From: Emiliania huxleyi CCMP1516
Lineage: Eukaryota
Length of the DNA stretch: 20,000 bases
Direction of reading: 5' to 3'
Assembly (NCBI RefSeq): GCF_000372725.1
Contig: NW_005201287.1
Coordinates: 181,899 to 201,898, forward strand
Part shown: one piece after another, positions 1 through 9,732 of the stretch
Layout of the letters: every line of letters starts with the position of its first letter
How positions within the stretch are numbered: the first letter of the stretch is position 1
Made by a program: the position numbers and the translations under genes
The notes under the pieces: generated by a model
Told to the model about the DNA's origin: nothing
The model's database searches: none
What the model saw: the letters and a program-made list of their open reading frames with translations, nothing else

Positions 1-1179
1 CGCAACAAGGTACTGGTCCACGTACGTGGTGATGGACCAGAAGCCGCGCGCCGAATCGACGGGCGGTGGTGGCGAGAGGGTCAGGGTGTAGTTGCATCCC
101 CCAAACAGAAACGGCTTGACAAAGTACACGGCATCCTCCGGAAGATTCGCTCCAAGGCCGACATCGGCAATCACAGCCCGGACCGGGTAATCCGTGCCGT
201 AAGTTCCGACCGAGCCCGAGATGCCGAGCCAGCTCCTGGGCCTAGGGATAGGCCACCGCAAAAGGCGATACTCTTCAGTCCATTCGGTCAGATTGAGCGC
301 TTGGCATTGTAGCAGTGTTCCAGCCTTCTCCGCCCCTGCCATGAGAGTAGCTTCAGAGCTCTCCTCCACGACTGGCCAAACGTCCGCCATGAATGGCGCG
401 TCGTCTGCTGTCGGTTTGTTGTCCACCATGAGTTGAGTAGCATTACCGAAAAACTCAAGCGCGCTCATGGAGTTAACAATGTCCCGAGCAGAGAGCGAGC
501 TGTCTGCGCTTGAGTCCCACGCAGGGTTGGGATCGTCACTTGACAGGCCACGCAGCTGGTACTGCAACTGCAACGCGTTAGTAGACACGAGGTCGCCGCC
601 CTCAAGCGGCGCAGTCCTCCCCAGCAGCCACAGGTTCGTCGTGTTTGACACGATGGTGATGTTCATGTTGTCATCGGGGCACGGTGTGTAGTCGTCACTG
701 ACGAGGTGCGGGGCAAGGCTGATGCAGACGACTTGCTCTTTGTACAACAATTCAGGGTTGCCGATCACGTTCGTCCAGAAGTCCATGATCTGGAAGAGGC
801 CGTACCGGCTGCGATGGTCCGCCTTGGGGATGGTTAGCACGACAGGCTCTTGGCCGACGTCCAGAAAGGCCGAGGAGTAGAGAGTGTCGACGTTCGGGTT
901 GACGACGCCTCGGAAGTCGGGCGTGGGGAACTTGAGGACATGCGCGAACGTGTTGACGAACGTGTCTCGCGTAACATTGAGGTAGTTGTCTTGGACCATG
1001 CGGAGGGAGACGTCGAGAGTTGCGCCCATCAGCACGAGGGGCAGCGCAAACTCGTACGATCGAGCAACCTTGAGCTCATCGGACCCGGTCAGGTTGGCGA
1101 CCGTCGGGCAGAATTCGAGACGGGTAGTGCGGTTGGCTGGCATCGGGAGGCCAACAGCCCCAGCGATGAGCGTCAGCAT
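1..1179 (-). CDS. DUF1254 + DUF1214 domain protein, probably secreted; 3'-partial (continues beyond the window start), no introns in the visible 393 codons
   Basis: Hand translation from ATG at 1179 is open to base 1: MLTLIAGAVGLPMPANRTT...YEFALPLVLM...VVNPNVDTLYSSAFLDVGQEPVVLTIP...RYGLFQIMDFWTNVIG (DUF1254-type), then GTYGTDYPVRAVIADVGLGANLPEDAVY...NYTLTLSPPPPVDSARGFWSITTY (DUF1214-type). It is absent from the ORF track because there is no stop inside the window. Confidence 0.85.
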   Translation of the reverse strand, partial: MLTLIAGAVGLPMPANRTTRLEFCPTVANLTGSDELKVARSYEFALPLVLMGATLDVSLRMVQDNYLNVTRDTFVNTFAHVLKFPTPDFRGVVNPNVDTLYSSAFLDVGQEPVVLTIPKADHRSRYGLFQIMDFWTNVIGNPELLYKEQVVCISLAPHLVSDDYTPCPDDNMNITIVSNTTNLWLLGRTAPLEGGDLVSTNALQLQYQLRGLSSDDPNPAWDSSADSSLSARDIVNSMSALEFFGNATQLMVDNKPTADDAPFMADVWPVVEESSEATLMAGAEKAGTLLQCQALNLTEWTEEYRLLRWPIPRPRSWLGISGSVGTYGTDYPVRAVIADVGLGANLPEDAVYFVKPFLFGGCNYTLTLSPPPPVDSARGFWSITTYVDQYLVA

Positions 1180-1525
1180 TCTGGCTTGCGGAAGAGGACC
1201 AGCTCAAAAGTGAGAGCCGACGAGCAGCGTTCGGATCTCAGTTTGTTCAGGAGGGGACTTGAATAGATCTAAAACATCCCCTCTGCGGGCCTGATGCCGG
1301 GGTGAGAAGACACAGAAAACTATGAATCTGAGACCGATACGTCGCAGTTCTCTTGTTTCGGCGGTTAGTGGTCACGAACCGAACACCGTTCGCAGCCTCG
1401 TCGCAAACAGTCCACCCTCGCATCAGAGCTCACACGAAATCCGCTTTCTCTTTTACAAGGACGCCCGAGAAAAGTGGTCTCCGACAAAGTGGTCGCACTA
1501 ACTAGGAGCTGCAGACAACGATCCC
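1180..1525. promoter_or_regulatory. Putative bidirectional promoter between the DUF1254/DUF1214 gene and the sulfatase
   Basis: 346 bp separate the two divergent ATGs. AGTGGTC occurs at 1367-1373 and AAAGTGGTC at 1471-1479 and 1486-1494. Confidence 0.45.
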
Positions 1526-3585
1526 ATGCTGGCCTTTCTCTCGTCCGTGTCGATGCCGTCCACCGTACGCACCACACCGCCCAACCTTGTCCTGGTCATG
1601 CTTGACGACCTCGGCTGGGCTGGCGCGCAGCATAGCCGCTCTTGCCCATTCTCTCCCACGCTCTCACCGGCGCTGGCCTTGCCTGCCCACAGACGTCGGA
1701 TTCCACGGCTCCAACTTTCCCACGCCCGCCATGGACGAGCTTGTCAACGGCGGGCTCGAGCTCAAACGGCTTTACGTTAACCCCACATGCAGCCCAACCC
1801 GAAGCGCTGCGCTCACTGGTCGGCATCCGTTCAACATGGGCATGCAGCACTGGACCACCACCTTTCCGGGCTCGACTGCTGCTCTCCCGCTGGACGTCCC
1901 AACCCTCGCCGAAGAGCTGAAGGCCAAGGCTGGATATCGAACAGAGGTGAGTAGCCGTCAATACACACTCACGGCCGGATATCTTCTGACACGTCCGTGC
2001 GACTGTGCCCTCTCCAGATGGTTGGCAAGTGGCAGTGCGTCGCGCCATTGTCAACTGACACGTCCATCGAGCTAACGTACTAAGCTTAGTTCTCTCATAC
2101 GTGTAGCCTCGGCGCGGCAAAAGAGAGCAACCTGCCGCACCGTCGCGGCTTCGACAACTTCTACGGCATCCTGCAGGGCGCAACCGATCTGTACGAGCGT
2201 ACGCTGGGCTTTTGCATCAATGAGGCGTTCGGCGTCGCGAACGGGACGTGCTTGCCGTGGGCCACCGCTAGCGGCAAGTCTCCTCTCGAGTCTGAGTTGG
2301 ACGACAACGTGTTCTACGACTTTTGGGAGAATTCTCGTCCGGTCTGGGAGGATAAGGGAACCTACGTCATGGTACGCGGCTCCACTCCCCGAGCTCCCCC
2401 GCCCGCCGCTTCAGCAATACCGGGTACCAAACGCCCCGACGCCGAATTTATCGTCCACTCGCTTGCCGCGCCTGGCAGGACTCGTACATTGAGCGGGTCG
2501 AGCGCATCATTGACCAGGCTGGATCGACAGAGTCCAATCCTACCGCGGAACCCCTGTTCCTCTACTTCGCAGAGCAGGCCGTGCACGCTCCCCTACAGGC
2601 TCCGCCGCAACCAGAGCACCTGCAGGCTTGCGTTGACGCCGGAGTCACAGGCAGCAGCTCGGCAGGGAACCGCGACATGAGCAACCGCACGGTGTTGTGC
2701 TCGATGGCAAACAAGGTCGATCATTCCATCGGCCGCCTCGTGGAAGCGCTCAAGAAGAATGGCATGTGGGACAACACGCTCGTTTGGGTGCTTACCGACA
2801 ACGGGGGCATGGTTGACTGGGGTGGCGAGCTACTGGGCTGGTACGCCACCACCTCCTCCTCCAACTGGCCGCTGCGGGGGATGAAGACGACTCTGTTCGA
2901 CGGCGGTGTTCGCGCAGTCAGCTTCATGACAGGGGGTTACCTTCCACAGTCGGCGCGTGGGCAGACGAGTTCAGAACTGTTGCATGCGGTCGACATCACA
3001 CCCACGCTTCTCGCCCTCGCCGGCGTGTCCGAGGCTGACTCCCCGCCCATGGATGGGCTCGATGCATGGGGCGCTGTCACCACAGGCGGCACCACAGGCC
3101 GCGATGAGATCCCCATCAACATCGATGTCGGCAGCAAATTCGGCGATGCCATTGAAGACTTTCCCGCCAACATGCTCATCCCAATGCTTGTCCCCAACTG
3201 GGCTCCAAACCCCCGCCTGGGCGTCCGTGGCGGGGCAAACTTTAGCGCGCTCATATCTTGGCCATACAAGATCATCGTCGGGCTGCCCTCGAATGCAATT
3301 CCGGCGGACAAGTGGGGGTGGTGGTCCATCGAAAATTACAGCATGGTGAAGGGCCCTCCGGCCCGTGAGCATCCGCGCGCTCCCGTGCGCCTTTACAACC
3401 TCGAAGCGGACGAGGGTGAGCACAATGATCTCTCGGCAGCCCTTCCAGAGGTGGTCGAGCGGCTCATGCAGCGGGTTGCGTTCTACGCCAACCCAGACAA
3501 CGGCTTTCGCCGCCCGCAGAACAACATCCCACGCCTCAGGGCAAACCCAATGAAGCAGAACTGGACCATCGGACCCTTCCTGTGA
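1526..3585 (+). CDS. Formylglycine-dependent (Cys-type, family S1) arylsulfatase, ARSB/ARSI/ARSJ-like; exons 1526-1622, 1693-1946, 2018-2034, 2107-2371, 2479-3585
   Basis: The spliced translation gives PPNLVLVMLDDLGWADVGFHG, signature CSPTRSAALTGR (Cys at 1788-1790), GYRTEMVGKWHLG, RGFDNFYG, PLFLYFAEQAVHAPLQAP, TDNGG, NWPLRGMKTTLFDGGVR and LYNLEADEGEHNDL. Introns 1623-1692 (GC-AG), 1947-2017, 2035-2106 and 2372-2478 (GT-AG) each restore a conserved motif in frame. Confidence 0.93.
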
Positions 3586-3751
3586 GACGGTGTTGATTAA
3601 CGGGTGTGAGACCAACAGTGTTGATTAACGGAGGAGGATGGCTGGCTGGCTCTCTACCCTTTCCGGTGGGACGGTGTTGATTAACGGGTTGTGATACCAA
3701 CGGTGTGTTGTCTGTTGATTAATGGAGGAGCAGGAGGATGGCTGGCTCTCC
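3586..3751 (+). repeat. Imperfect tandem duplication (~84-bp period) just after the sulfatase stop, containing four TGTTGATTAA copies
   Basis: TGTTGATTAA at 3591, 3619, 3675 and 3713. Both units start gacggtgttgattaacggg and end ggaggatggctggc...tctc. Confidence 0.8.
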
Positions 3752-4429
3752 ATGACTAGATAGCTGCTGCGCGTGGGAGAGAGGCGGAAGCGTGATGTTT
3801 TCTTGAGACTGTGTTAGTGCCAGCACGCGCCAGCCTGCACCCTCCCGTGTCGTGCCTGTCTGCTGCCGTGTGGGAGAGTTTTTTGTCTGATTTCTTGCTC
3901 TTGCTGCAGTTGTTTTTTTCGGCATTTCGCTTGGCGCTTGCGCGCGCCCGCGCGCACACGCCGCGCTCTGAGACGTGAGAGGTGAGAGGGACTTGCTACA
4001 TATGCTCTCTCGCCTACAGTGCTACACGGCCGTGTTTAGGCGGACAAAGCTCAAAGCTCAAATGACGGATTTTAAATATATTAATAATTGGTGTGCGAGC
4101 GTTTTGTTGTCAATACGCGAACTCCAAAAGTACCGCACCCACGATACGGCACGATTAGAATATGAGGAGGGCAGATCCGCCCGCCTCGCACTCCGGACGC
4201 CGGCAGGCGGAGTCGCCCCCGTTTGTGCTCTGCGGCACGCGGCCGTGCTCCCGGCCGCTGGCTCGCCACCCGGAGCGAGGCGGCCCCGGCGCACACCCGG
4301 CGGTCAGCTGACGGGCGGCGGCGCGCGGAGGCTGGTGCCGGAAGGGTGCTCCGGCGGCGCCGTCAGCGGCGAGGCAGTCAGTCTCGAGGAAGGGGCGCGG
4401 CGGGAGGGTGGCGGCCTCGACGGTCTTGT

Positions 4430-4489
4430 ATAAATAAAGAAAACGGGCACGCCAAACGAGGGGTGGGAGAAGGACAGGGTCCCACCTGC
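4430..4489 (-). repeat. Diverged third copy of the (TTTA)n-tailed dispersed element
   Basis: ataaataaagaaaacgggcac...ggtgggagaaggacagggtcccacctgc resembles ataaataaaacggacac...gatgggtaaaaaggaacaggtccccgccctgc at 8240-8307. Confidence 0.5.
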
Positions 4490-4558
4490 ACGAGCAGGAA
4501 AGCTGAGGGCCAGCCTCGTAGAATTCTTGCACATCCGTTATTACTCGGAAACCACCAC

Positions 4559-5157
4559 ATGAAGATCTTCGGGCTCCTCGTGTTGCTCGCGCCGACCGGC
4601 GAGGCGCTCGCGTCGCCCGGCGCGGCGCTGCGGCTGCGCACACCGCTGCGCACCGCTCCGGCCACCATGCAGATCTTCGGCAAGAAGAAGGAGAAAATTC
4701 CCACGCTGGAGGAGCGCGGCTACTGGGCGGGCGAGTGGGTGTGTGCAGACTGCGGGTACATCTACGAGCCGGATCCGAAGGATCCGTTCGAGGAGCTGCC
4801 GCCCTACTGGAAATGCCCTCAGTGCGCCGGGCCGCGCCGTCGCTTCATCAAGAAGGCGGGAGACGTCCTCGGAAAGCTCGACGACACGTGCGCCGCCTCT
4901 CGCCCACCCTCCACAGCGGCGCCCGCGCCGCCGCCGCCGCCCGCGTCGCCGCCGCCGCCCGCCCGCCGGAGCAGCACGCCGCCGGAGCGGCGACGCGACT
5001 GCCACCGCCCGCCGGCCCCACCAGCCATGGCACTCCGCACCGCTCGCTTGGCCGCATTCCACCCGAGCCTCCTGCCCTCGCCAGGCCGATGACGGCCTTC
5101 ATCGGCGTCTGCTTCGCCGCGATCGCCTACCTTATCTACGTCGCGATCTCCACCTAG
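4559..5157 (+). CDS. Plastid-targeted rubredoxin-like protein with C-terminal transmembrane anchor; exons 4559-4887 and 5085-5157
   Basis: MKIFGLLVLLAPTGEA (signal peptide) plus an Arg/Ala/Pro-rich transit-like segment, then WVCADCGYIY...PFEELPPYWKCPQCAGPRRRF (two CxxC motifs). GT-AG intron 4888-5084 joins DDT to PMTAFIGVCFAAIAYLIYVAIST*. Confidence 0.88.
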
Positions 5158-5713
5158 TTTTCACGCGAGAGACTCGAGGGTGCGAGGCAGAGCCGCGCCT
5201 GCCGCCCGGCCTGAGAAGGGGTCGGGGCGGCGAGGCCGGGGGAGGGCCACTCCCTCTTCTTCCGCAGAATCCTCCGCTGCTTGGCGCCGTACGGATGCTG
5301 CGCTTTGCAGGCGCCCCTGTGCCTCCCGTAGGATGCCCTTGACTCCTCTTCGTGCGATTGTCTCCCCTCTGTCTCTGTCTTTTTCCGTCCTTCTCGCTGC
5401 TCTCTCGAGTCTCGTCTCTGGCGTCTGGGGTGTGGGGAGAACGCCCTTCGAGTTTCGTTTCTGCGTAATCACCCTGTGCACATTTTGCGAAAAAAATGGA
5501 GCTGGGACCGTGATTGATAATACGTCACAGTGTCGACACCATTTGTGATTGGTGTTTAGAGAGACGCGGGGCTGGGACACGGCGGGTGTGCGGCCCGCTG
5601 CGCGGCGGTGCCGGTGCCGAGAGGGGGGGGGGGGGGGGGGGCGAAGGAAGCCAAGGCGAAGACGGCGTGAGGGACGGGTCGTGGTTCCCTTTCACCACTG
5701 CCTCTCTCAGATC

Positions 5714-6962
5714 TCAGTAGAGCTTTGTCCCGGACGACTGCGTCCCGAGGCCGGGGGCGGAGGCGAGCCGCGTCGGAGGCTGTACCTGGGAGAAGAGAAG
5801 AAGAGAAGAGGGGAGGGGGTTACCCGAGGGCCGCGCGCGATGAGGAGCGCAGCGGGGGGATGTGCATGTGTGTGCAGACGCGAGGAGACGCGCGGGGGGA
5901 CTGTTGACGCGGGGGGGGGACTCTCCTGCCCCCACTTCTTTGCCGGCGGCACCGCCTTGCCCTCCTTCGAGTCCTTCCGGACCTGGGGTGGGAGAGGTTG
6001 GGGGCTGCAGGGGACCGTGCAGGGCGGCGGGCGGGGCGGTGGCAGCCGAAGCCGCCCCGGCGCGTGGCGAGGAGAAGAGAAGAGGAAGGGCTAGAAGAAG
6101 CGGGGGCGGTGGCAACCGGCACGGTGTGCGTGTGTGCGGCAAGGGGTTTGCAGGCGCGAGGGCGCGCGATAGTGTCCAACCGCTCTCTTCAGCGTGGTGC
6201 GCACGACAGACACCCGCCCCGCGCCTCTCCCGCTCTCGTGCCGCGCGCGCCTGTGCGATGTAGTCGCGCGGCGACGGAGGGGCTTTGGACGCGTCGAGCT
6301 GTGTGTATGCGCGCGACTTTGTTGGCGCCCCCGCGCCGCCGCCGCTCTGGCTCTGGGCGATGACGAGGAGGAGGAGGAGGAGGAGGAGGGCGAGGGACAG
6401 GTATATCGTGCGGCAGGGCAGGCCTAGTCGCGAGACCGGAAGAGACCGGCGTTAAGGCTCTCCGCAGCGTCACGGACGCGTCCCGACTAACACAGGCCAC
6501 GCACCGGAGGTCATCAGCGGTGCCTCGAGGCCGGGCAGCAGGGAGCACGGCTCGCCTGTGCGCGGGCGGAGCTGTCAGGACAGCTGTGTCGCCTCCTGGG
6601 TACGTCGCTGCCTCCACGATCGCCGACCCTATCATCTTTTGCGCCGAACGGACACCCGCCCTACGCGCTATCTATGCGGCGCGGCGCGCACAGAGGGTGC
6701 CGTTGACAAGCGAGCCGTTGCCGTCGTAGACGCCCTCGCCCCACAGCGAGCCCTGCGTCGTGTTCGGGAGCAGCACGCAGGTGCTATTGGCCTCCGTGAG
6801 CTTGGCAAACTCGCCGTACTCAGCCGGCACTTCCGTCGGAACCCAGTACTCGAGCCAGGCGGGGCGGGGCTCGGCGACAGCCGCGGCCTCCTCCTCGTCA
6901 GAAACAACGTCGGGCGAATACGCTGCGCACACGCTGAGGACGAGGAAGGAGGCGACGCGCAT
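5714..6962 (-). CDS. Tentative spliced type I membrane glycoprotein of unknown function; candidate exons 6962-6701, 6628-6593, 6423-6251, 5982-5926, 5785-5714
   Basis: Signal peptide MRVASFLVLSVCAA; N-glycosylation sequons NST, NTT, NGS; TM-like segment IYLSLALLLLLLLLVIA at ~6405-6355. Pyrimidine-rich acceptors precede 5982 and 5785, and all exon phases are compatible. The model needs GC donors and one GA donor, so the exon structure is uncertain. Confidence 0.45.
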
Positions 6963-7420
6963 CGGGCCGCTGGGATTGCACAACGAGGCGCTCTGAGCCA
7001 GTGTTCACAGCCTCTGTCTCTCGAGTTCTCGAGGTTGATATCCTTTGGCCGCGTTGGGTAGCGAGGATTGGTGTGACGCGATCCACGCAGGCATGTTTTC
7101 TGACGGCCGACCGTCAGTGCACGGAGTTGCCCCTTCTCCGACTGCCCCGGCTAGTTCCTGAGGTCGCGCGGGGCTGACCCCTGCCCGTCCCCCGAGACCT
7201 AGCGCGGGTAGGTTGGAGGCTGCAAGGAAGGGCTGTGTAAGAAGCCGATCCCCGTAGTTCGCACCGCTCCTCCCCATCGGGCCGCATAAGCGGCCACGCC
7301 TCGCAGATTCGTTTCTCGCGCCTGGGTCAGGCGCGCGGGGCAAGTTCACAGCCTTGTTACTGAGAAGAAAATACGTCCTACGGCGCTGTGCGCTGGTCTG
7401 TGAGAGGTTGAGGTCGAGCC

Positions 7421-7712
7421 CTGTTCACAGAAACGCACAACCCCGGGCCCCGAAATCCTGTGTTCACGCACAACCCCGGGCCCGAAATCGCACAGAGACA
7501 GTCACGAAACACGAAAAAAAAAACGAGGTCCCAGGGAGGGCGAGCAAAAACCTCGTTTCCCCGCAAAACACAAAACCCCAGGACCGAAGACGCACAAGCA
7601 CAGACAGTCGAGAAGGGAGAGACAGCAACGACAGTCAGAAGTCAAGCCTGTGTTCACGTAAAAAGCACAACCCCGGGCCCGTGTTCACGCAGAAACCCCG
7701 GAGCCTGTTCAC
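7421..7712 (+). repeat. Cluster of short direct repeats (GCACAACCCCGGGCCC x3, TGTTCAC x5), possibly the subterminal region of a mobile element
   Basis: The 16-mer is at 7435-7450, 7468-7483 and 7665-7680. TGTTCAC is at 7422, 7461, 7651, 7682 and 7706 (also 7002). Confidence 0.7.
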
Positions 7713-8239
7713 ACATTGCTGCGAGCGCGATCTTTTTGGGGGGTCCTGAGGGCACCCTACGCCAAGTAAAAGAGCCTAGGCTCCTATGGGAAAATGCCAA
7801 CATTCAGATTTCCGCGTCCTTTGCGTTGTGTTGCTCCTTTCTAAAAGGTTGAAATTAGTAAAGGTTTTGGCTCCTGTGGGCGCACCCGCTCTCTCCCTCG
7901 CAAGACAAAGAATACGTCTCCCATCCACTTCTTTTGAAAGCTCAGTGTCTTGCGAGGGAGTTTTGATTTTGTGTTGTAGAAGGGGTCCGCGCGATCCTCA
8001 AGAAGCTCCCTCGCACGACACTGGTTACGCAACGGGACTGGCGCGAAGAATTCTTGACCAGCAAGCCCCTCTCACAGCAGACTGGCACGGACTGGCACCA
8101 CAAAAGGCACAGCAGTCGAAGAAGAACTCTGAATGGGGTGCTGACGGCGTGCCGTCCTCATTCCCTCCCTTCGGCTCTCTGTTTCTTCTGCCACCGCAGA
8201 GCGGTGCGCGCCAAGTCCCGTGCTAGTGTCGTGCGATAA

Positions 8240-8312
8240 ATAAATAAAACGGACACCTCTACGGCTCTAGTAGGAGATGGGTAAAAAGGAACAGGTCCCC
8301 GCCCTGCGGTCT
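8240..8312 (-). repeat. (TTTA)n-tailed dispersed element, left copy; inverted relative to 11082-11147
   Basis: ataaataaaacggacacctcta[cggctctag]taggagatgggtaaaaaggaacaggtccccgccctgcggtct matches the reverse complement of 11082-11147, apart from a short insertion and a few substitutions. Confidence 0.85.
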
Positions 8313-8392
8313 GCGAGGGATTTGTTGTACAATTCTTTAACAAAGGCGGAAAACGCGACAGTGGCAGCGCTGCAGGGCAAGGGCTTTCGTCG

Positions 8393-9322
8393 TTACATGT
8401 TAGGTATCACTCGGAACTCGCTTCTCTCGCTAACTAAGCATACGCGACGCCGACCGTCGTCGACAGAGAGCCTCGAAAAAGGGCAGGCCGTGTTGATCGG
8501 CTCCGTCCCGCAGCTCGTCTCGACCTCGCTGTCGTCGTTGAGCCAAGTGTGCAGGCAGCGGTGGTGGAAGAGGTTCTTGCAGCAGCGCGTGGCGCCCCAG
8601 CCGTTCGGGTCGCGAGGCTGCAGTCGCGCCTCACGGTGTGCGCTGAGCTCGTCCAAGCAAATGCCGCACTCGGTCTCCTCAGCAGCTGTTCCGCGACCAT
8701 GCCCGCAACTGCGGCAGCTGCCTCCACCTCCATCTCCGACCTCCATCCCCGCCTACCGGACTGCCTCGGCGCCAGCGGCAGAGGAAGGCTCGGGTGGCGG
8801 CGGCGGTGGTGGCGGCGTGGTGAGATCGGTGGTGTCCCTGTCCGCCTCCCTGCGGGCGTAGAAGAGCGCAGCTTGCTCGGCGGTGGCGAAGTAGCCGAGG
8901 CTGACTTGCTTGCCGCAAACCCACTCCTGCAGCATGTACTTCTTGGTGCCTTTCTGCTTCGGGCAGAAGGTTACGCCTTTGTAGCCGGTGCTGTTGTTGC
9001 TGCTGGCGGTGAGGGTGAGGCCCTCCCTCTCCGCCTGCCTTATCGCCTCGAGGCCAGCGGCAGTGAGAGCAGAGCGGGGCTGCAGTAGCTTGGCGGCGTC
9101 GGCGCGGCCGTACTCCGAGCGAGCGTAGGCGGTGGCCGCCTCTTCGGCGGTGTTGAAGCGGCCAAGGTGGACCCGCTTGCCGCCATCCCTCACCTTCGCC
9201 ACGAATCTCTTTTTGCTGCGATCGTAGGTCACGTTCTTGTAGCCAGTCGTGTTCCGTTTGTCGATGGCTGGGATCAACACGAGGCGCTCCGAAGCCGGTG
9301 GCGTCCGCACGAGCGGAGCCAT
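8393..9322 (-). pseudogene. Tandem AP2-domain DNA-binding protein followed by a RING-finger region, interrupted by TAG at 8755-8753 (pseudogene, or rescued by a short intron)
   Basis: ATG 9322. AP2-1 is NTTGYKNVTYDRSKKRFVAKVRDGGKRVHLGRFNTAEEAATAYAR and AP2-2 is NSTGYKGVTF...GKQVSLGYFATAEQAALFYAR, followed by a poly-Pro linker. After the stop, in the same frame: ECGICLDEL...CCKNLFHHRCLHTWL...CPFSR, RING-like but with the last Cys missing. Confidence 0.75.
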
Positions 9323-9732
9323 GGCCGAACACAGACTACCCGGGCGGACGATTTCTTTTCTGAGTTTTGTTGTAAATTCTTTCTTTTGTAAAATGGCGCG
9401 CGTTCTTTCTTTCCTTTCCTTTCCTGCCGTCCTCCGTCCCACGCCCGCCCTTTTCTTGCTTTCACAACGGTCAACGCTCCCGGTTGATGACCGGCTCCGG
9501 CTCAGGTCGTGGGGCAAGATAGCTCGGGTGTAAACGGGGTCTAGGGCGGAGGCCCCAGCGGCCCGCCGCAGGCGCCGCCGGAGGCTGGCCCGCCGCGGGC
9601 GCTGATTTCTTTGGCGTTTTCTCATCAAAATCGAGCTCGCTAGGAGCTCTCTAACTGCACAGCATCTCCTCGTTGAGCCTAGTGTCGTGCGAGGGCGAAC
9701 TCGTCAAATTCTTTCAGCCTGAAAGTCCTAAA

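Noticed and set aside
221..1266. Plus-strand ORFs 221-436, 467-691, 850-1266 and 986-1213
   Set aside because: They are shadows of the minus-strand DUF1254/DUF1214 CDS.
3586..3751. TGTTGATTAA repeats as a CRISPR array
   Set aside because: The repeats are only ~10-15 bp, the spacing is irregular (28, 56, 38), the spacers resemble each other, there are no cas genes and the context is eukaryotic.
4223..5092. 289-aa ORF as the full rubredoxin
   Set aside because: The signal peptide starts at ATG 4559, and the Pro/Arg-rich tail is the translated intron 4888-5084.
5623..5641. G19 homopolymer and nearby G-rich tracts as functional G-quadruplexes
   Set aside because: Expected in very GC-rich DNA, homopolymer length is assembly-sensitive, and there is no further support.
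6690..6760. GSLWGEGVYDGNGS as an LCCL domain
   Set aside because: Only a short WGxGxY resemblance; the downstream SSIC-AAxHAG pattern is missing.
7003..7354. GTTCACAGCCT 11-bp direct repeat as a target-site duplication
   Set aside because: The enclosed ~330 bp has no terminal inverted repeats or tail, and the motif belongs to the local GTTCAC repeat family.
7421..7712. 16-mer repeats as a CRISPR array
   Set aside because: Only three copies with very unequal spacing (33 and 197 bp), and the intervening DNA reuses the same motifs.
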